Notes: generated by a model from the letters alone, not told the origin. 64,000 bases of DNA from an uncultured bacterium (GCA_964387845.1 CAYLXA010000008.1:1-64000); one strand, 5' to 3'; positions 9,232 to 18,713 are shown, numbered from the stretch's first letter. Made by a program: numbers and translations.

Positions 9232-10617
9232 ATGAAACAGCGGAATTTGCCGTCAACTTTTGGCAAGCACAGGCAGGTTATCTTATTTTTGATTGCGATA
9301 GCGGCTGCTTTTGCAGCTTATTTATTTTTACCTGCCGGCTGCCCCGAGCCGGCGCGCAGAGCTTCCGTTATTTTCATTGTCGCGGCTTTTCTGTGGGCAT
9401 TTGAGATTATTCCCCTCCACGCAACCGCGATTGTGGTTGTGTTGGCGTCTATTTTTCTACTTGCTTGGCCGGGCGGCGTTCTTGAAATGGATAACAACGG
9501 CTATCAAATTTTTCTAGCTCCGTTTGCCAATCCCATCATCATGTTGTTTTTCGGAGGATTTGTATTAGCCGCGGCTTTGCATAAGCACCACATTGACGAA
9601 TGGCTTGTCCAAAAACTGATCCGCATATTCGGAACAAAACCTTTTTGGCTTTTGCTTGGATTTGTCATGACGACCGGATTTGTTTCCATGTGGATCTCCA
9701 ATACGGCAACAACGGCAATGATGCTGACAATGATCACCCCAATTCTTGCGGATGAGAGGAATAGTCCAAAATTTAAAACCGCTTTGGCGCTGGCCGCTGC
9801 ATTTGCGGCCAATGTGGGCGGAATCGCAACGCCCGTCGGGACGCCGCCGAATGCAATTGCGCTCGGTATTTTATCTGACCGCAGCATTCATGTCAGTTTC
9901 CTTCAATGGATGATGATGGCATTTCCGCTCGCGGTATTTTTATTGGCGGCAACCAGTGTCACATTATTCTGGATGTTTGGAAGAAACCAAAAAAATGTTT
10001 TTATTCCGGAAATACAAGGTGCCGAGATCAATTTGAAATCAAAAAGCGCAGCTGTTATCGGCCTTTTGACTATTATTTTGTGGTTAACTTCAACTTGGCA
10101 CCATATCCCGGAATCTGTTGTAGCGCTTTTGGCCGTTGGTTTGCTGTCAAGCTTTCAATTAATTGATCACGACGATTTAAAAGGAATCGGGTGGGATATT
10201 CTGATTTTGATGTGGGGCGGTTTGGCGCTGGGCCGGGCGATTGAAATAAGCGGGCTGGGGAAATGGCTTGTCACGATGCCGGTATTTTCAGCGGAAGGGC
10301 ATATCTTAATAATCGCTTTCTCGCTTTTGACTGTTTTTCTTTCCATCGTGATGAGCAATACCGCAACGGCGGGCCTGGTGATTCCGATTGCGATGAGCGT
10401 CGGCACGGCCGACCCGGTTGTTTTGGCGGTTGTCATTGCTTTGTCGGGCTCTTTCGACATGATTTTGCCTGTTTCGACACCGCCGAATGCGATGATTTTT
10501 TCCACAAAAGCAGTTCGTTCGGTAGACATGCTGAAAGCAGGCGCTGCTGTCAGTGTAATCGCGCTTATTTTATTGCTCGCGGGCTATCCATTTTTTATCG
10601 AGAGGTTTTTGTCATGA
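9232..10617 (+). CDS. Anion permease of the ArsB/NhaD superfamily (SLC13/DASS-like)
   Basis: Duplicated TPPN hairpin motifs (ANVGGIATPVGTPPNAIALG and MILPVSTPPNAMIFST). 461 aa, polytopic. Confidence 0.65.
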   Translation: MKQRNLPSTFGKHRQVILFLIAIAAAFAAYLFLPAGCPEPARRASVIFIVAAFLWAFEIIPLHATAIVVVLASIFLLAWPGGVLEMDNNGYQIFLAPFANPIIMLFFGGFVLAAALHKHHIDEWLVQKLIRIFGTKPFWLLLGFVMTTGFVSMWISNTATTAMMLTMITPILADERNSPKFKTALALAAAFAANVGGIATPVGTPPNAIALGILSDRSIHVSFLQWMMMAFPLAVFLLAATSVTLFWMFGRNQKNVFIPEIQGAEINLKSKSAAVIGLLTIILWLTSTWHHIPESVVALLAVGLLSSFQLIDHDDLKGIGWDILILMWGGLALGRAIEISGLGKWLVTMPVFSAEGHILIIAFSLLTVFLSIVMSNTATAGLVIPIAMSVGTADPVVLAVVIALSGSFDMILPVSTPPNAMIFSTKAVRSVDMLKAGAAVSVIALILLLAGYPFFIERFLS

Positions 10618-11297
10618 AAAATTTAAATCAACTCCTAATTTTTTTTCTTTGTTTATCTGCTGCATTAACGATACCCGTGTATGCAGAAGATGATTTTCAA
10701 TATTGGTCTCGCTATTCCGTGAAAGCAATCGATACAAAATACATCGATTTTGTGAATTTCTGGGATTTGCGCTTTATGGAAGACTCATCGCGTCTCCGCC
10801 TGTGGTTTACAAGCCAAAAATTGCAAATCAATCCTGTTGAGTGGTTTGGCTTTGTGATTGCGCATACTTATCTCGAAAATTCTGCGGTCAATTCACAGAC
10901 CAAAACACGCGAATTTGTGTCTCAGCACAGGCTTGAATTGGAAGCCAATCCAAAATGGAAAGTTTCGCCTTGGCTGACGGTCAAAAACAGGAACCGGGTT
11001 GAATTCAGATGGATTGAAGACAAAGGTTCGGATAACACGCGAACGCGGCACATGGTTGAATTGGAGTTTCCGGTTAAAAAAAATCCGGTTGTGAAATCTA
11101 TTTACACAAACAGCGAAATTTTTGTCGATTTTAACCGCCATACAATTAATGAAAACCGCGCCATTCCGATCGGAATCAATTTTAATCTTTATAAAAAATC
11201 AACCTTCAGCATTTTTTACATGATTCAATCCCAAAAAGGCGCCCGGGATTGGTCATCGAATCAAATATTGGGAACCCAGGTGAGTTTAAATTTTTAA
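10614..11297 (+). CDS. Secreted / outer-membrane-type protein (DUF2490-like), function unknown
   Basis: ATG at 10614 overlaps the upstream stop (ATGA). The signal peptide MKNLNQLLIFFLCLSAALTIPVYA is followed by an aromatic-rich, beta-rich sequence. The track ORF 10263.. is an antisense-frame extension. Confidence 0.5.
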   Translation: MKNLNQLLIFFLCLSAALTIPVYAEDDFQYWSRYSVKAIDTKYIDFVNFWDLRFMEDSSRLRLWFTSQKLQINPVEWFGFVIAHTYLENSAVNSQTKTREFVSQHRLELEANPKWKVSPWLTVKNRNRVEFRWIEDKGSDNTRTRHMVELEFPVKKNPVVKSIYTNSEIFVDFNRHTINENRAIPIGINFNLYKKSTFSIFYMIQSQKGARDWSSNQILGTQVSLNF

Positions 11298-11308
11298 AGG
11301 GAATCATC

Positions 11309-12439
11309 ATGAGTTCAGGTTTTGATTTTTCAAAACGGCCGTTTTTGGTGATTTGGGAAACCACCAAGGCTTGCGGCCTCGCGTGCGTTCATTGCCGTGC
11401 GGAAGCCGATCCGAATCCAGATCCAGATGAACTGAATCATGAGGAAGCGCTCAAATTAATCCGTGATGTCAAAGAAATGGGAACGCCGATTTTGGTTTTT
11501 AGCGGCGGCGATCCGCTGCGCCGGAAAGACCTTCCTGATCTAATTCGCTACGCAAAATCTTTGAAAATCAGGACGGGCGCCATTCCGGCTGTGACGCCCG
11601 ATCTCACAAAAGAAAAAATTGTAGAGTTAGCTGAAAGCGGATTGTCGCAGATCGCTTTCAGTCTGGATGCGGCGGATCCGGTTGAGCATGATTCATTCCG
11701 CCGGACAACCGGTGTATTTGACAGGACCATTGAAAGCGTCAAGATTGCAAACGAGTTAGGTTTGAATGTTCAAATTAATTCTCTCGTGAATGTTCACAAC
11801 CAAGAGTCGCTTGATAAATTGATCAAGCTGATAGAAACGCTCAACATCGTGTTCTGGGAAGTATTTTTCCTGGTCCCGACCGGACGCGGAAAAGATTTGC
11901 CGCTTTTAACTGCTCAGAAATTTGAAGAAGCATTTCAGAAAATTTACGAACTAAACAAGCGCGTCCGCTTTGTAATTAAAGTAACGGAAGCACCGCACTA
12001 CCGCAGGTTTTATATCGAGCAGGAAATGAAAGCTGAAGAAGTTGACTTGCTTTCTATCAAAGACAGCCGCGTCGAACTTCCCGCGTTCTTAAGACGCAAA
12101 AGCGGGCCCAATGCCAGTATCGGCCACGCTCCGGACGGCGTTAATTCCGGAAAAGGGTTTATTTTTATTTCCAAAACCGGCGAAGTGATGCCGAGCGGAT
12201 TTTTGCCGATTCCGGCCGGAAATATCAGAAAAAAGCCGCTCTCCGATATTTACCAAAATTCGCCGCTTTTAATTGAATTGAGGGATGCCTCCAAGTTAAA
12301 GGGAAGGTGCGGGGCGTGTGAATATAAATACATTTGCGGCGGCTCGCGTTCGCGCGCTTATGCGCTTACGGGCGATTATTTAGCCGAAGATCCGAGCTGC
12401 GTTTACCAACCTGAAATCCTGAATTTAAAATATGCTTGA
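11309..12439 (+). CDS. Radical SAM enzyme with C-terminal SPASM domain (NirJ/AhbC/AhbD-like)
   Basis: Cx3Cx2C in PFLVIWETTKACGLACVHCRAEAD. A C-terminal Cys cluster CGACEYKYICGG...DPSC is typical of SPASM. ATG at 11309; the track ORF starts at TTG 11249. Confidence 0.8.
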   Translation: MSSGFDFSKRPFLVIWETTKACGLACVHCRAEADPNPDPDELNHEEALKLIRDVKEMGTPILVFSGGDPLRRKDLPDLIRYAKSLKIRTGAIPAVTPDLTKEKIVELAESGLSQIAFSLDAADPVEHDSFRRTTGVFDRTIESVKIANELGLNVQINSLVNVHNQESLDKLIKLIETLNIVFWEVFFLVPTGRGKDLPLLTAQKFEEAFQKIYELNKRVRFVIKVTEAPHYRRFYIEQEMKAEEVDLLSIKDSRVELPAFLRRKSGPNASIGHAPDGVNSGKGFIFISKTGEVMPSGFLPIPAGNIRKKPLSDIYQNSPLLIELRDASKLKGRCGACEYKYICGGSRSRAYALTGDYLAEDPSCVYQPEILNLKYA

Positions 12440-12497
12440 CACCCTCTTGAAATAATGGATACTATAGTCCATAATTAATATGGACGATAAAGTCCAT
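12436..12497. promoter_or_regulatory. Candidate promoter (TTGACA at 12436) with two 18-bp palindromic operators ATGGAT-ACTATA-GTCCAT and ATGGAC-GATAAA-GTCCAT upstream of rrf2-nosZ
   Basis: Perfect or near-perfect 6-6-6 inverted repeats at 12455-12472 and 12480-12497. The first overlaps the -10 region. The AGGAGG RBS and the rrf2 ATG follow. Confidence 0.45.
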
Positions 12498-12519
12498 AAT
12501 AGAGCATGGAGGAATTAAC

Positions 12520-12957
12520 ATGTTTCAATTGTATTCGAAAGGTTGCGAATATGCCATTAAAGCACTGTCTCAAATGGAAGATCCCAATCAAAATTACAGC
12601 GCGAAAAACATTTGCCGGCGCGCGCGAATTCCGGAGTCTTTCTCAAGAAAGGTATTCCAGTCTCTTGTTCACGGCAGATTCCTCGAAGCCGTTCCAGGCC
12701 CCGGCGGCGGTTATCGTTTGCGGCAGAACCTTAAGGAAGTTTCCATTCTGGATATTATCCGCGCGGTAGACGGCGCCAAGGCATTTGACCATTGCATCAT
12801 GGGATTTGCAAGATGCAGCGAAAAAACTCCCTGCCTGCTTCATGATAATTGGCTGAAGGCGAAAAAACATTTGGTTAACGAACTAAGGGAAAGAAAACTA
12901 AAAGATCTAATCAGCATGACGCAGAAAAAAAGGAGGAATTCCAATGGTAAATTATAA
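12520..12957 (+). CDS. Rrf2-family transcriptional regulator (NsrR/IscR-like, three-Cys cluster)
   Basis: N-terminal wHTH MFQLYSKGCEYAIKALSQM...ILDIIRAVDG. Cys ligand cluster HCIMGFARCSEKTPCLLH. It overlaps the nosZ start by 14 nt. Confidence 0.8.
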   Translation: MFQLYSKGCEYAIKALSQMEDPNQNYSAKNICRRARIPESFSRKVFQSLVHGRFLEAVPGPGGGYRLRQNLKEVSILDIIRAVDGAKAFDHCIMGFARCSEKTPCLLHDNWLKAKKHLVNELRERKLKDLISMTQKKRRNSNGKL

Positions 12958-14989
12958 AAGATTATTTTTTCTCAGCATCATCGGGGTTGTTACGGTTTTT
13001 GCATTAACGGGTTCATTTGGAATCGGCGGGTTCGAAACGAAATCTCTCAATGCGCAATCGGTAGAACTGCCCAAAGAAACAATGGATGCGATTCGTGAGC
13101 GTGGCTTAAGCCCGGATGATGTTACCGCTGCTGTTTCTACCTTTATGCCGACCGGTAAATATGATGATTATGTGATGTTTGCCTCAGGCGGTCATAGCGG
13201 ACAAGTATTTGCCATCGGCATGCCTTCTATGAGGCTTTTACGTACTATTGCTGCTTTTACACCTGAGCCGTGGCAAGGATACGGCATTGGTGTTAAAGAG
13301 AACGCACTAGTGACAGCCGCAAAAGGATCTACTGATCGTCAACTTACCTGGGCCGACACACATCATCCGGCTCTCAGCGAAACAAACGGAGATTATGACG
13401 GACAGTTTTTATTTATTGGTGATAAAGCAAACGGACGGCTCTGTGTGATTGATCTTCGGGATTTTGAAACCAAGCAGATCGTGCAAAATCCGGTTGTGAG
13501 CAGCAATCATGGCGCAGCTTTTGTTCCGTCCAACACCGAATATGTATTGGAAGGCTCTCAATTTGCAATGCCGCTCGGCGGAGGCTACGCGCCGATTGAA
13601 GATTATCAAAAATCATACCGCGGTTTAGCGACATTCTGGAAATTTAACCGTGAGAAGGGACGCCTTGAAATAGAAAATTCTTTCGGAGTGGAATTACCGC
13701 CTTATTGGCAGGACCTTGCTGATTTTGGCAAAGCCGAAAGTGACGGCTGGGCGTTCATCAATTCCTTTAATACCGAAATGTCAACCGGAGGTGTTGAAGA
13801 CGGAAATCCGCCTTTTGAGGCCGGCACCTCCCAGCGCGATATGGATTATCTCCATATTATTAATTGGAAACAGGCGGAGAAGACAGTTAAGGAAGGCCGC
13901 GCAAAAATGATCAATGGTTTGCGCGTGATTCCGCTAGATGTGGCGATATCGGACGGCATTCTTTTCTTCGCGGCCGAACCCAAAAGCCCGCATGGTGTGG
14001 ATGTGACGCCGAGCGGAAAGCATATTGTGGTTGCCGGAAAACTGGATCCTCACGTCACGATTTATGGAATTGATTTAATTAAAACAGCTATTGAGAAAAA
14101 GGATTTTGAAGGAAAAGATCCTTTTGGTGTTCCGATTTTAAGATTCGACGCTGTCAAAAAAGCGCAGGTCGAACTCGGCCTTGGTCCTTTACACACTCAA
14201 TTTGACAACAAAGGCTATGCGTATACGAGTCTTTTTCTCGATAGTGCAGTGGCCAGATGGACTTTGGGTGACGATAAGTTTAAGGCGCCCGAAAAACCGT
14301 GGACGTTGGTATCAAAAACGCCGGTCCACTACAATATCGGACACCTTGCAGCCGCTGAAGGTGACACGGTAAATCCCGACGGTAAATATTTAGTTGCGCT
14401 TAATAAGTGGTCCGTTGACCGATTTTTGAACACCGGACCTCTGCTGGCTCAAAACCTTCAATTAGTGGATATTAGCCGTCCCGGCGATTCGTTGAAAATT
14501 CTCTACGATATGCCCATTGGCAACGGCGAGCCGCACTATGCTCAAATTATTAAAGCGGATAAATTAAGAACATGGGAGGTGTATCCCGAAGTTGGATGGA
14601 ATGCCGAAGAGCAGAAGAAAAGCACGGTAGCGGCCATGGAAGGAAAGGTGGTCAGAAGTCCGGGCAAGGTTGAAATTTACATGCCCGCGATCCGGAGTCA
14701 TTTTGACCCGGAGCGTGTGCGTGTCACGAAAGGGGAGAAAGTTATTTTTTACATCACCAATCTTGAACGGACACTTGATGCAACGCACGGATTCAACATT
14801 GCCGGCTACAACATTGCGGCCAGCATTGAGCCGGGCGAGACAGTAACCATTGAATTCATCGCGGACAAGGAAGGCGTATTTCCATTTTATTGCCTTGAAT
14901 TTTGCTCCGCTCTTCATTTAGAAATGGCCGGTTATTTGCTGGTCGAGCCGGTGCCTGCGGCCGTTCAGCGTGAGAAGAAAGGTAAATAA
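12944..14989 (+). CDS. nosZ: Nitrous-oxide reductase NosZ (clade II / atypical, Sec-type signal peptide)
   Basis: 681 aa. The signal peptide has no twin-arginine. Seven-bladed propeller region. C-terminal CuA cupredoxin motif FYCLEFCSALHLEMAGY. AGGAGG SD. Confidence 0.93.
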   Translation: MVNYKRLFFLSIIGVVTVFALTGSFGIGGFETKSLNAQSVELPKETMDAIRERGLSPDDVTAAVSTFMPTGKYDDYVMFASGGHSGQVFAIGMPSMRLLRTIAAFTPEPWQGYGIGVKENALVTAAKGSTDRQLTWADTHHPALSETNGDYDGQFLFIGDKANGRLCVIDLRDFETKQIVQNPVVSSNHGAAFVPSNTEYVLEGSQFAMPLGGGYAPIEDYQKSYRGLATFWKFNREKGRLEIENSFGVELPPYWQDLADFGKAESDGWAFINSFNTEMSTGGVEDGNPPFEAGTSQRDMDYLHIINWKQAEKTVKEGRAKMINGLRVIPLDVAISDGILFFAAEPKSPHGVDVTPSGKHIVVAGKLDPHVTIYGIDLIKTAIEKKDFEGKDPFGVPILRFDAVKKAQVELGLGPLHTQFDNKGYAYTSLFLDSAVARWTLGDDKFKAPEKPWTLVSKTPVHYNIGHLAAAEGDTVNPDGKYLVALNKWSVDRFLNTGPLLAQNLQLVDISRPGDSLKILYDMPIGNGEPHYAQIIKADKLRTWEVYPEVGWNAEEQKKSTVAAMEGKVVRSPGKVEIYMPAIRSHFDPERVRVTKGEKVIFYITNLERTLDATHGFNIAGYNIAASIEPGETVTIEFIADKEGVFPFYCLEFCSALHLEMAGYLLVEPVPAAVQREKKGK

Positions 14990-14997
14990 AAGATAAA

Positions 14998-17895
14998 ATG
15001 ACCGAGCAATCCCGAGGTCGAGAGTGGTTATTAAAAGTTTTGTTCCTTACGGGTATTGCGGCAATTCTTTTTTCATTTGCCTTTCCATACTGGCGAATCA
15101 AAGTGGTGGCGCCGCAGTACCCTAAAGGGCTCTCGATGGTTATCTATATCAACCGTTTGTCGGGCGATATTCAAGAACTGAACACGCTCAATCACTACAT
15201 TGGCATGCGGCATGTAGATGATGCCGCAAAGACTGAGCGAAAATTTGCGATTCCCGGTGTTGCCGTAGTTGTTCTTTCGTTATTTTCTGCAATGTTTTAC
15301 AAGGGGCGTTTTCGTTTCTTGCTGATTCTTCCTGCGGTTTTATTTCCGATTTTTTTCGCCGCCGATCTTTATTATTGGCTCCGTGATTCGGGCCTCAATT
15401 TGGATCCCAAGGCACCTTTGAATCGGTCCATCAAGCCTTTTATTCCGCCTGTATTCGGAGAAGGGAAAATTGCTCAGTTTAAAGCGTATGCACAATTTGA
15501 ATTTGGATTTTATTTGAACATGCTTTGCTCGTTTCTTTCAATTCTCGGGCTTATGTTTCAGAACAGGAGAAAAGTGGTAAGCCGGATCGTGAGTTGTATA
15601 TTCTATTTTTTATTTTTAGCACAGCCCATGCTGTATGCCGAAAATTTGGTTGTTTCCCAAGAAGGGCCGTATCGTGATCTTCAACAAGCAATCCATGCGG
15701 CGTCAAACGGCGATACAGTGATTGTCAAGGGAGGGGTTTACGCCGGGCCTTTTGTAATTGATAAATCTCTTCATTTAATCGGAGAGGATTTTCCGGTTCT
15801 GGATGGACAGGAAAAAGGAACCGTCGTTACGGTTAATGCTGATGACGTGCAGATCAAAGGATTTACCATTCGGGGAAGCGGCGACATTCTTTCGCAGGAT
15901 CAAGCCGGATTGTTGGTATCGGGAGCCCGCGCGCGTATCGAACAAAATCGATTTGAAAATGTGCTGTTTGGCATTGATCTGAAACGCGCACCGGAGAGCG
16001 TTATTCGTAAAAATTATTTGGAAGGAAAAATACTGGATGTCGCAAGACGCGGCGATTTGATCCGGATTTGGTATAGCGATAACGTCACAATCGAGGACAA
16101 TGTTACCATTGGCGGACGGGATGCCGTCTTATGGTTTTCAAAAAATCTGATCATTCGCGGAAATGAATTTTTAAAAGGCCGATACGGCCTTCATTTTATG
16201 TATTGCAACGATTCCGTGGTTGAAAACAACCGGCTTCAGAACAACTCGGTCGGTATTTACTTGATGTATAGCGCCCACATTCGGCTGACGCATAATCAAA
16301 TCATTCACAATCGAGGGCCCAGCGGATTCGGAGTGGGCTTCAAAGATATGGAACATTCATCGATTGAAGAAAATATTGTGGCGGATAACCGTGTGGGTTT
16401 TTTCATCGATCACGGGTCCGGGCACTATGAAAAAAATCTGATCGCATTAAACGATATCGGCATTCAAATGCTGCCAACAGCTTTGGATAATTCCCTCACA
16501 AAAAATAGTTTTATCGATAACGGTGAGCAAGTTTCGATTGACGGCATGGGCGGTTTCATGAAGAACCAATGGCAGGGGAATTTTTGGAGCGATTACCGGG
16601 GTTACGATCGAGATCATGACGGAGCGGGCGATATGGCCTATCAGGCTTTTAAGTTTTTTGAACGGTTAACGGATCGTTACGGTGCGCTCAAATTTTTCGC
16701 ATTAAATCCTTCAGTTCAAGCGCTCGATTTTGCCAATACTGCTTTTCCTATTTTTTCTCCAAAATCAAAATTTACGGATCCGTTGCCGTCCATCCATCCG
16801 ATTCTGCCGGCTTTTCCGGGTATGGAGCGAGAAATTTCTTGGCCGTTTCTTTTTGCTTCATTCTTTTTATTTCTTCCTCTACTTCTGATGCGCCGCATGC
16901 CGGCCTTCAACTTGTGTGCAGGCAGCGCGCAATTAATGTCAATAAAATCATCCTCGCTTGAATCTCAGGCAATTGATCCAATCCCAAACTTTATACCGAG
17001 TCGAAAGGCGGCAATCCATGTAAGCGGCCTCAACAAAAATTTCAGAAAACAAAACGCGCTGAAAGACCTGAATTTTGATATTCAAAAAGGCGAAACGGTG
17101 GTCTTGTGGGGCTCGAATGGTGCCGGGAAAACCACAGCGCTTCGCTGTCTTTTGGGGTCGGTCTCATTTGAGGGAAACGTATTTGTTTTAGGACACAATG
17201 TTAAAACAAACGGAAAGTTGGTGCGTTCGCATATCGGGTATGTTCCGCAGGAAATCAGGCTCTACATTGACCAAACCGTTCTCGAAATCGTTTCTTTTTA
17301 CGCGGCACTGAAAAGAGTTCCTCGGGCAAGAGTCAAAGAGCTGCTCAAGCGATGGGGGCTTTCGGAATTTGAAAACCGGTTCGTCAATCATCTTTCGGGA
17401 GGCATGAAGCAGAAGCTTGCGTTGGTGATCGCCTTACTGTCTGACCCTGAAATCCTTTTTTTGGATGAACCTACAAGCAATCTCGATCTGAAAGCGCGCC
17501 ACGAATTTTTAAGTTTTCTCACAGAGCTTAAACTCGAAGGCAAGACCATCCTGCTTTGTTCGCATTTAACGACAGAAGTGTGGCGTTTGGCGGATCGCGT
17601 GATCGTGCTCGACCAGGGCGAGAAAATCTCGGAAGGCCTGCCGGAGTCTGTCAGGCATTTTCTCGGCGGATCGACAGTTTTATTTTTGGCAGTTTCGGAG
17701 AAAGACGAAAAAAGAGCGCTTGAACTCTTAAAATTTAAAAATTTTCAAGCGGAGTTGAATCATGCCGGCATTATGATTCATGTATCGCCGGACAAAAAAA
17801 TGGAACCCTTTCGTGTTCTACAGGAGGCCGGCATTTCAGTCCTTGATTTTGAAGTGGGAAATGAAACTAATCAGAAGAGAAGCGGGCATTCATGA
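14998..17895 (+). CDS. nosDF: Single 965-aa ORF fusing a NosB-like polytopic membrane domain (aa 1-185), NosD (periplasmic parallel beta-helix Cu-insertion protein, aa about 186-630) and NosF (ABC ATPase, aa about 647-965)
   Basis: No stop codon across 2.9 kb. The internal Met at 15553 is followed by the signal-like MFQNRRKVVSRIVSCIFYFLFLAQPMLYA-EN. PbH1 repeats (NNRLQNNSVGIYLMYSAHIRLTHNQIIHN). A TM segment FLFASFFLFLPLLLM lies before the Walker A GSNGAGKTT, the ABC signature LSGGMKQKL and Walker B ILFLDEPTSNLD. Confidence 0.8.
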   Translation: MTEQSRGREWLLKVLFLTGIAAILFSFAFPYWRIKVVAPQYPKGLSMVIYINRLSGDIQELNTLNHYIGMRHVDDAAKTERKFAIPGVAVVVLSLFSAMFYKGRFRFLLILPAVLFPIFFAADLYYWLRDSGLNLDPKAPLNRSIKPFIPPVFGEGKIAQFKAYAQFEFGFYLNMLCSFLSILGLMFQNRRKVVSRIVSCIFYFLFLAQPMLYAENLVVSQEGPYRDLQQAIHAASNGDTVIVKGGVYAGPFVIDKSLHLIGEDFPVLDGQEKGTVVTVNADDVQIKGFTIRGSGDILSQDQAGLLVSGARARIEQNRFENVLFGIDLKRAPESVIRKNYLEGKILDVARRGDLIRIWYSDNVTIEDNVTIGGRDAVLWFSKNLIIRGNEFLKGRYGLHFMYCNDSVVENNRLQNNSVGIYLMYSAHIRLTHNQIIHNRGPSGFGVGFKDMEHSSIEENIVADNRVGFFIDHGSGHYEKNLIALNDIGIQMLPTALDNSLTKNSFIDNGEQVSIDGMGGFMKNQWQGNFWSDYRGYDRDHDGAGDMAYQAFKFFERLTDRYGALKFFALNPSVQALDFANTAFPIFSPKSKFTDPLPSIHPILPAFPGMEREISWPFLFASFFLFLPLLLMRRMPAFNLCAGSAQLMSIKSSSLESQAIDPIPNFIPSRKAAIHVSGLNKNFRKQNALKDLNFDIQKGETVVLWGSNGAGKTTALRCLLGSVSFEGNVFVLGHNVKTNGKLVRSHIGYVPQEIRLYIDQTVLEIVSFYAALKRVPRARVKELLKRWGLSEFENRFVNHLSGGMKQKLALVIALLSDPEILFLDEPTSNLDLKARHEFLSFLTELKLEGKTILLCSHLTTEVWRLADRVIVLDQGEKISEGLPESVRHFLGGSTVLFLAVSEKDEKRALELLKFKNFQAELNHAGIMIHVSPDKKMEPFRVLQEAGISVLDFEVGNETNQKRSGHS

Positions 17896-18713
17896 ATATT
17901 TTAATTATCTCGGGAAAAGAAATTCGTGACGCGATGCGAAATAAGTGGTTTCTTTTAATTTCGCTTATTTTTGCGGGCCTTTCGCTTGCGTTCAGCATTT
18001 TGGGCGTCTCAGGCCTCGGCAATTTGGGTATTTCCGGTTTTGGGCGTACGACGGCAAGCCTGATTAATTTGGTGCTTCTCATTGTTCCGTTGATGGGGCT
18101 TCTTCTGGGCTCGATCAGCCTTTCCAGTGAAAAAGAGCACGGAACCTTGCGCGCTCTTTTGGCTCAACCGGTAACACTCGGAGAGATTTTTATCGGAAAA
18201 TATTTTGGCGCAGTCGTTGCGCTTTCGGCTACTTTGTGTGTTGGTTTTGGGTTGAGCGGAATTGTAATCGGAATTTATGGCGGTTGGGAGCAGCTCAGCA
18301 GTTATTTGGGGCTTTTGGGTTATACCATTCTTTTAGCAATTGTGTATTTGGGAATCGGATTTTTTATTTCGGTTTTTTGCCTCAAGATGATCACAGCCAT
18401 CGGTGTTTCGCTTTTTCTTTGGTTCCTGTTTGTTTTTCTGAGCGATCTTGGGATTATGGGCACCACCGTTGCTCTCAATCTGTCATCGAGAGATTTATTG
18501 TGGATTGTTTTAAGCAATCCTGCGCAGTCTTTCAAAGCCGTGGTGATTGGAATTTTGCAGGGCGACCTTGATATTTTAGGCACACTCGGGCGCTACGCCG
18601 TCGATGTACTGGGCGATCAATTTATATGGGCGTTGAGCGGGATTTTATTTATCTGGGCCGCGGCCCCGTTTTTATTGTCACTTTTATTTTTTAAGAAAAG
18701 ATACGGTGAATAA
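17892..18713 (+). CDS. nosY: NosY, ABC-2 type permease of the NosDFY complex
   Basis: 273 aa with six TM helices. ATGA overlap with the NosF stop. It sits between nosF and nosL. Confidence 0.8.
   Translation: MNILIISGKEIRDAMRNKWFLLISLIFAGLSLAFSILGVSGLGNLGISGFGRTTASLINLVLLIVPLMGLLLGSISLSSEKEHGTLRALLAQPVTLGEIFIGKYFGAVVALSATLCVGFGLSGIVIGIYGGWEQLSSYLGLLGYTILLAIVYLGIGFFISVFCLKMITAIGVSLFLWFLFVFLSDLGIMGTTVALNLSSRDLLWIVLSNPAQSFKAVVIGILQGDLDILGTLGRYAVDVLGDQFIWALSGILFIWAAAPFLLSLLFFKKRYGE

Noticed and set aside
10263-10613. Track ORF 10263..11297 begins 351 nt upstream inside the DASS transporter gene in another frame
   Set aside because: The N-terminal 117 aa are Cys/Arg/Gly-rich antisense-frame noise. 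A clean signal peptide and an ATGA-coupled ATG occur at 10614.
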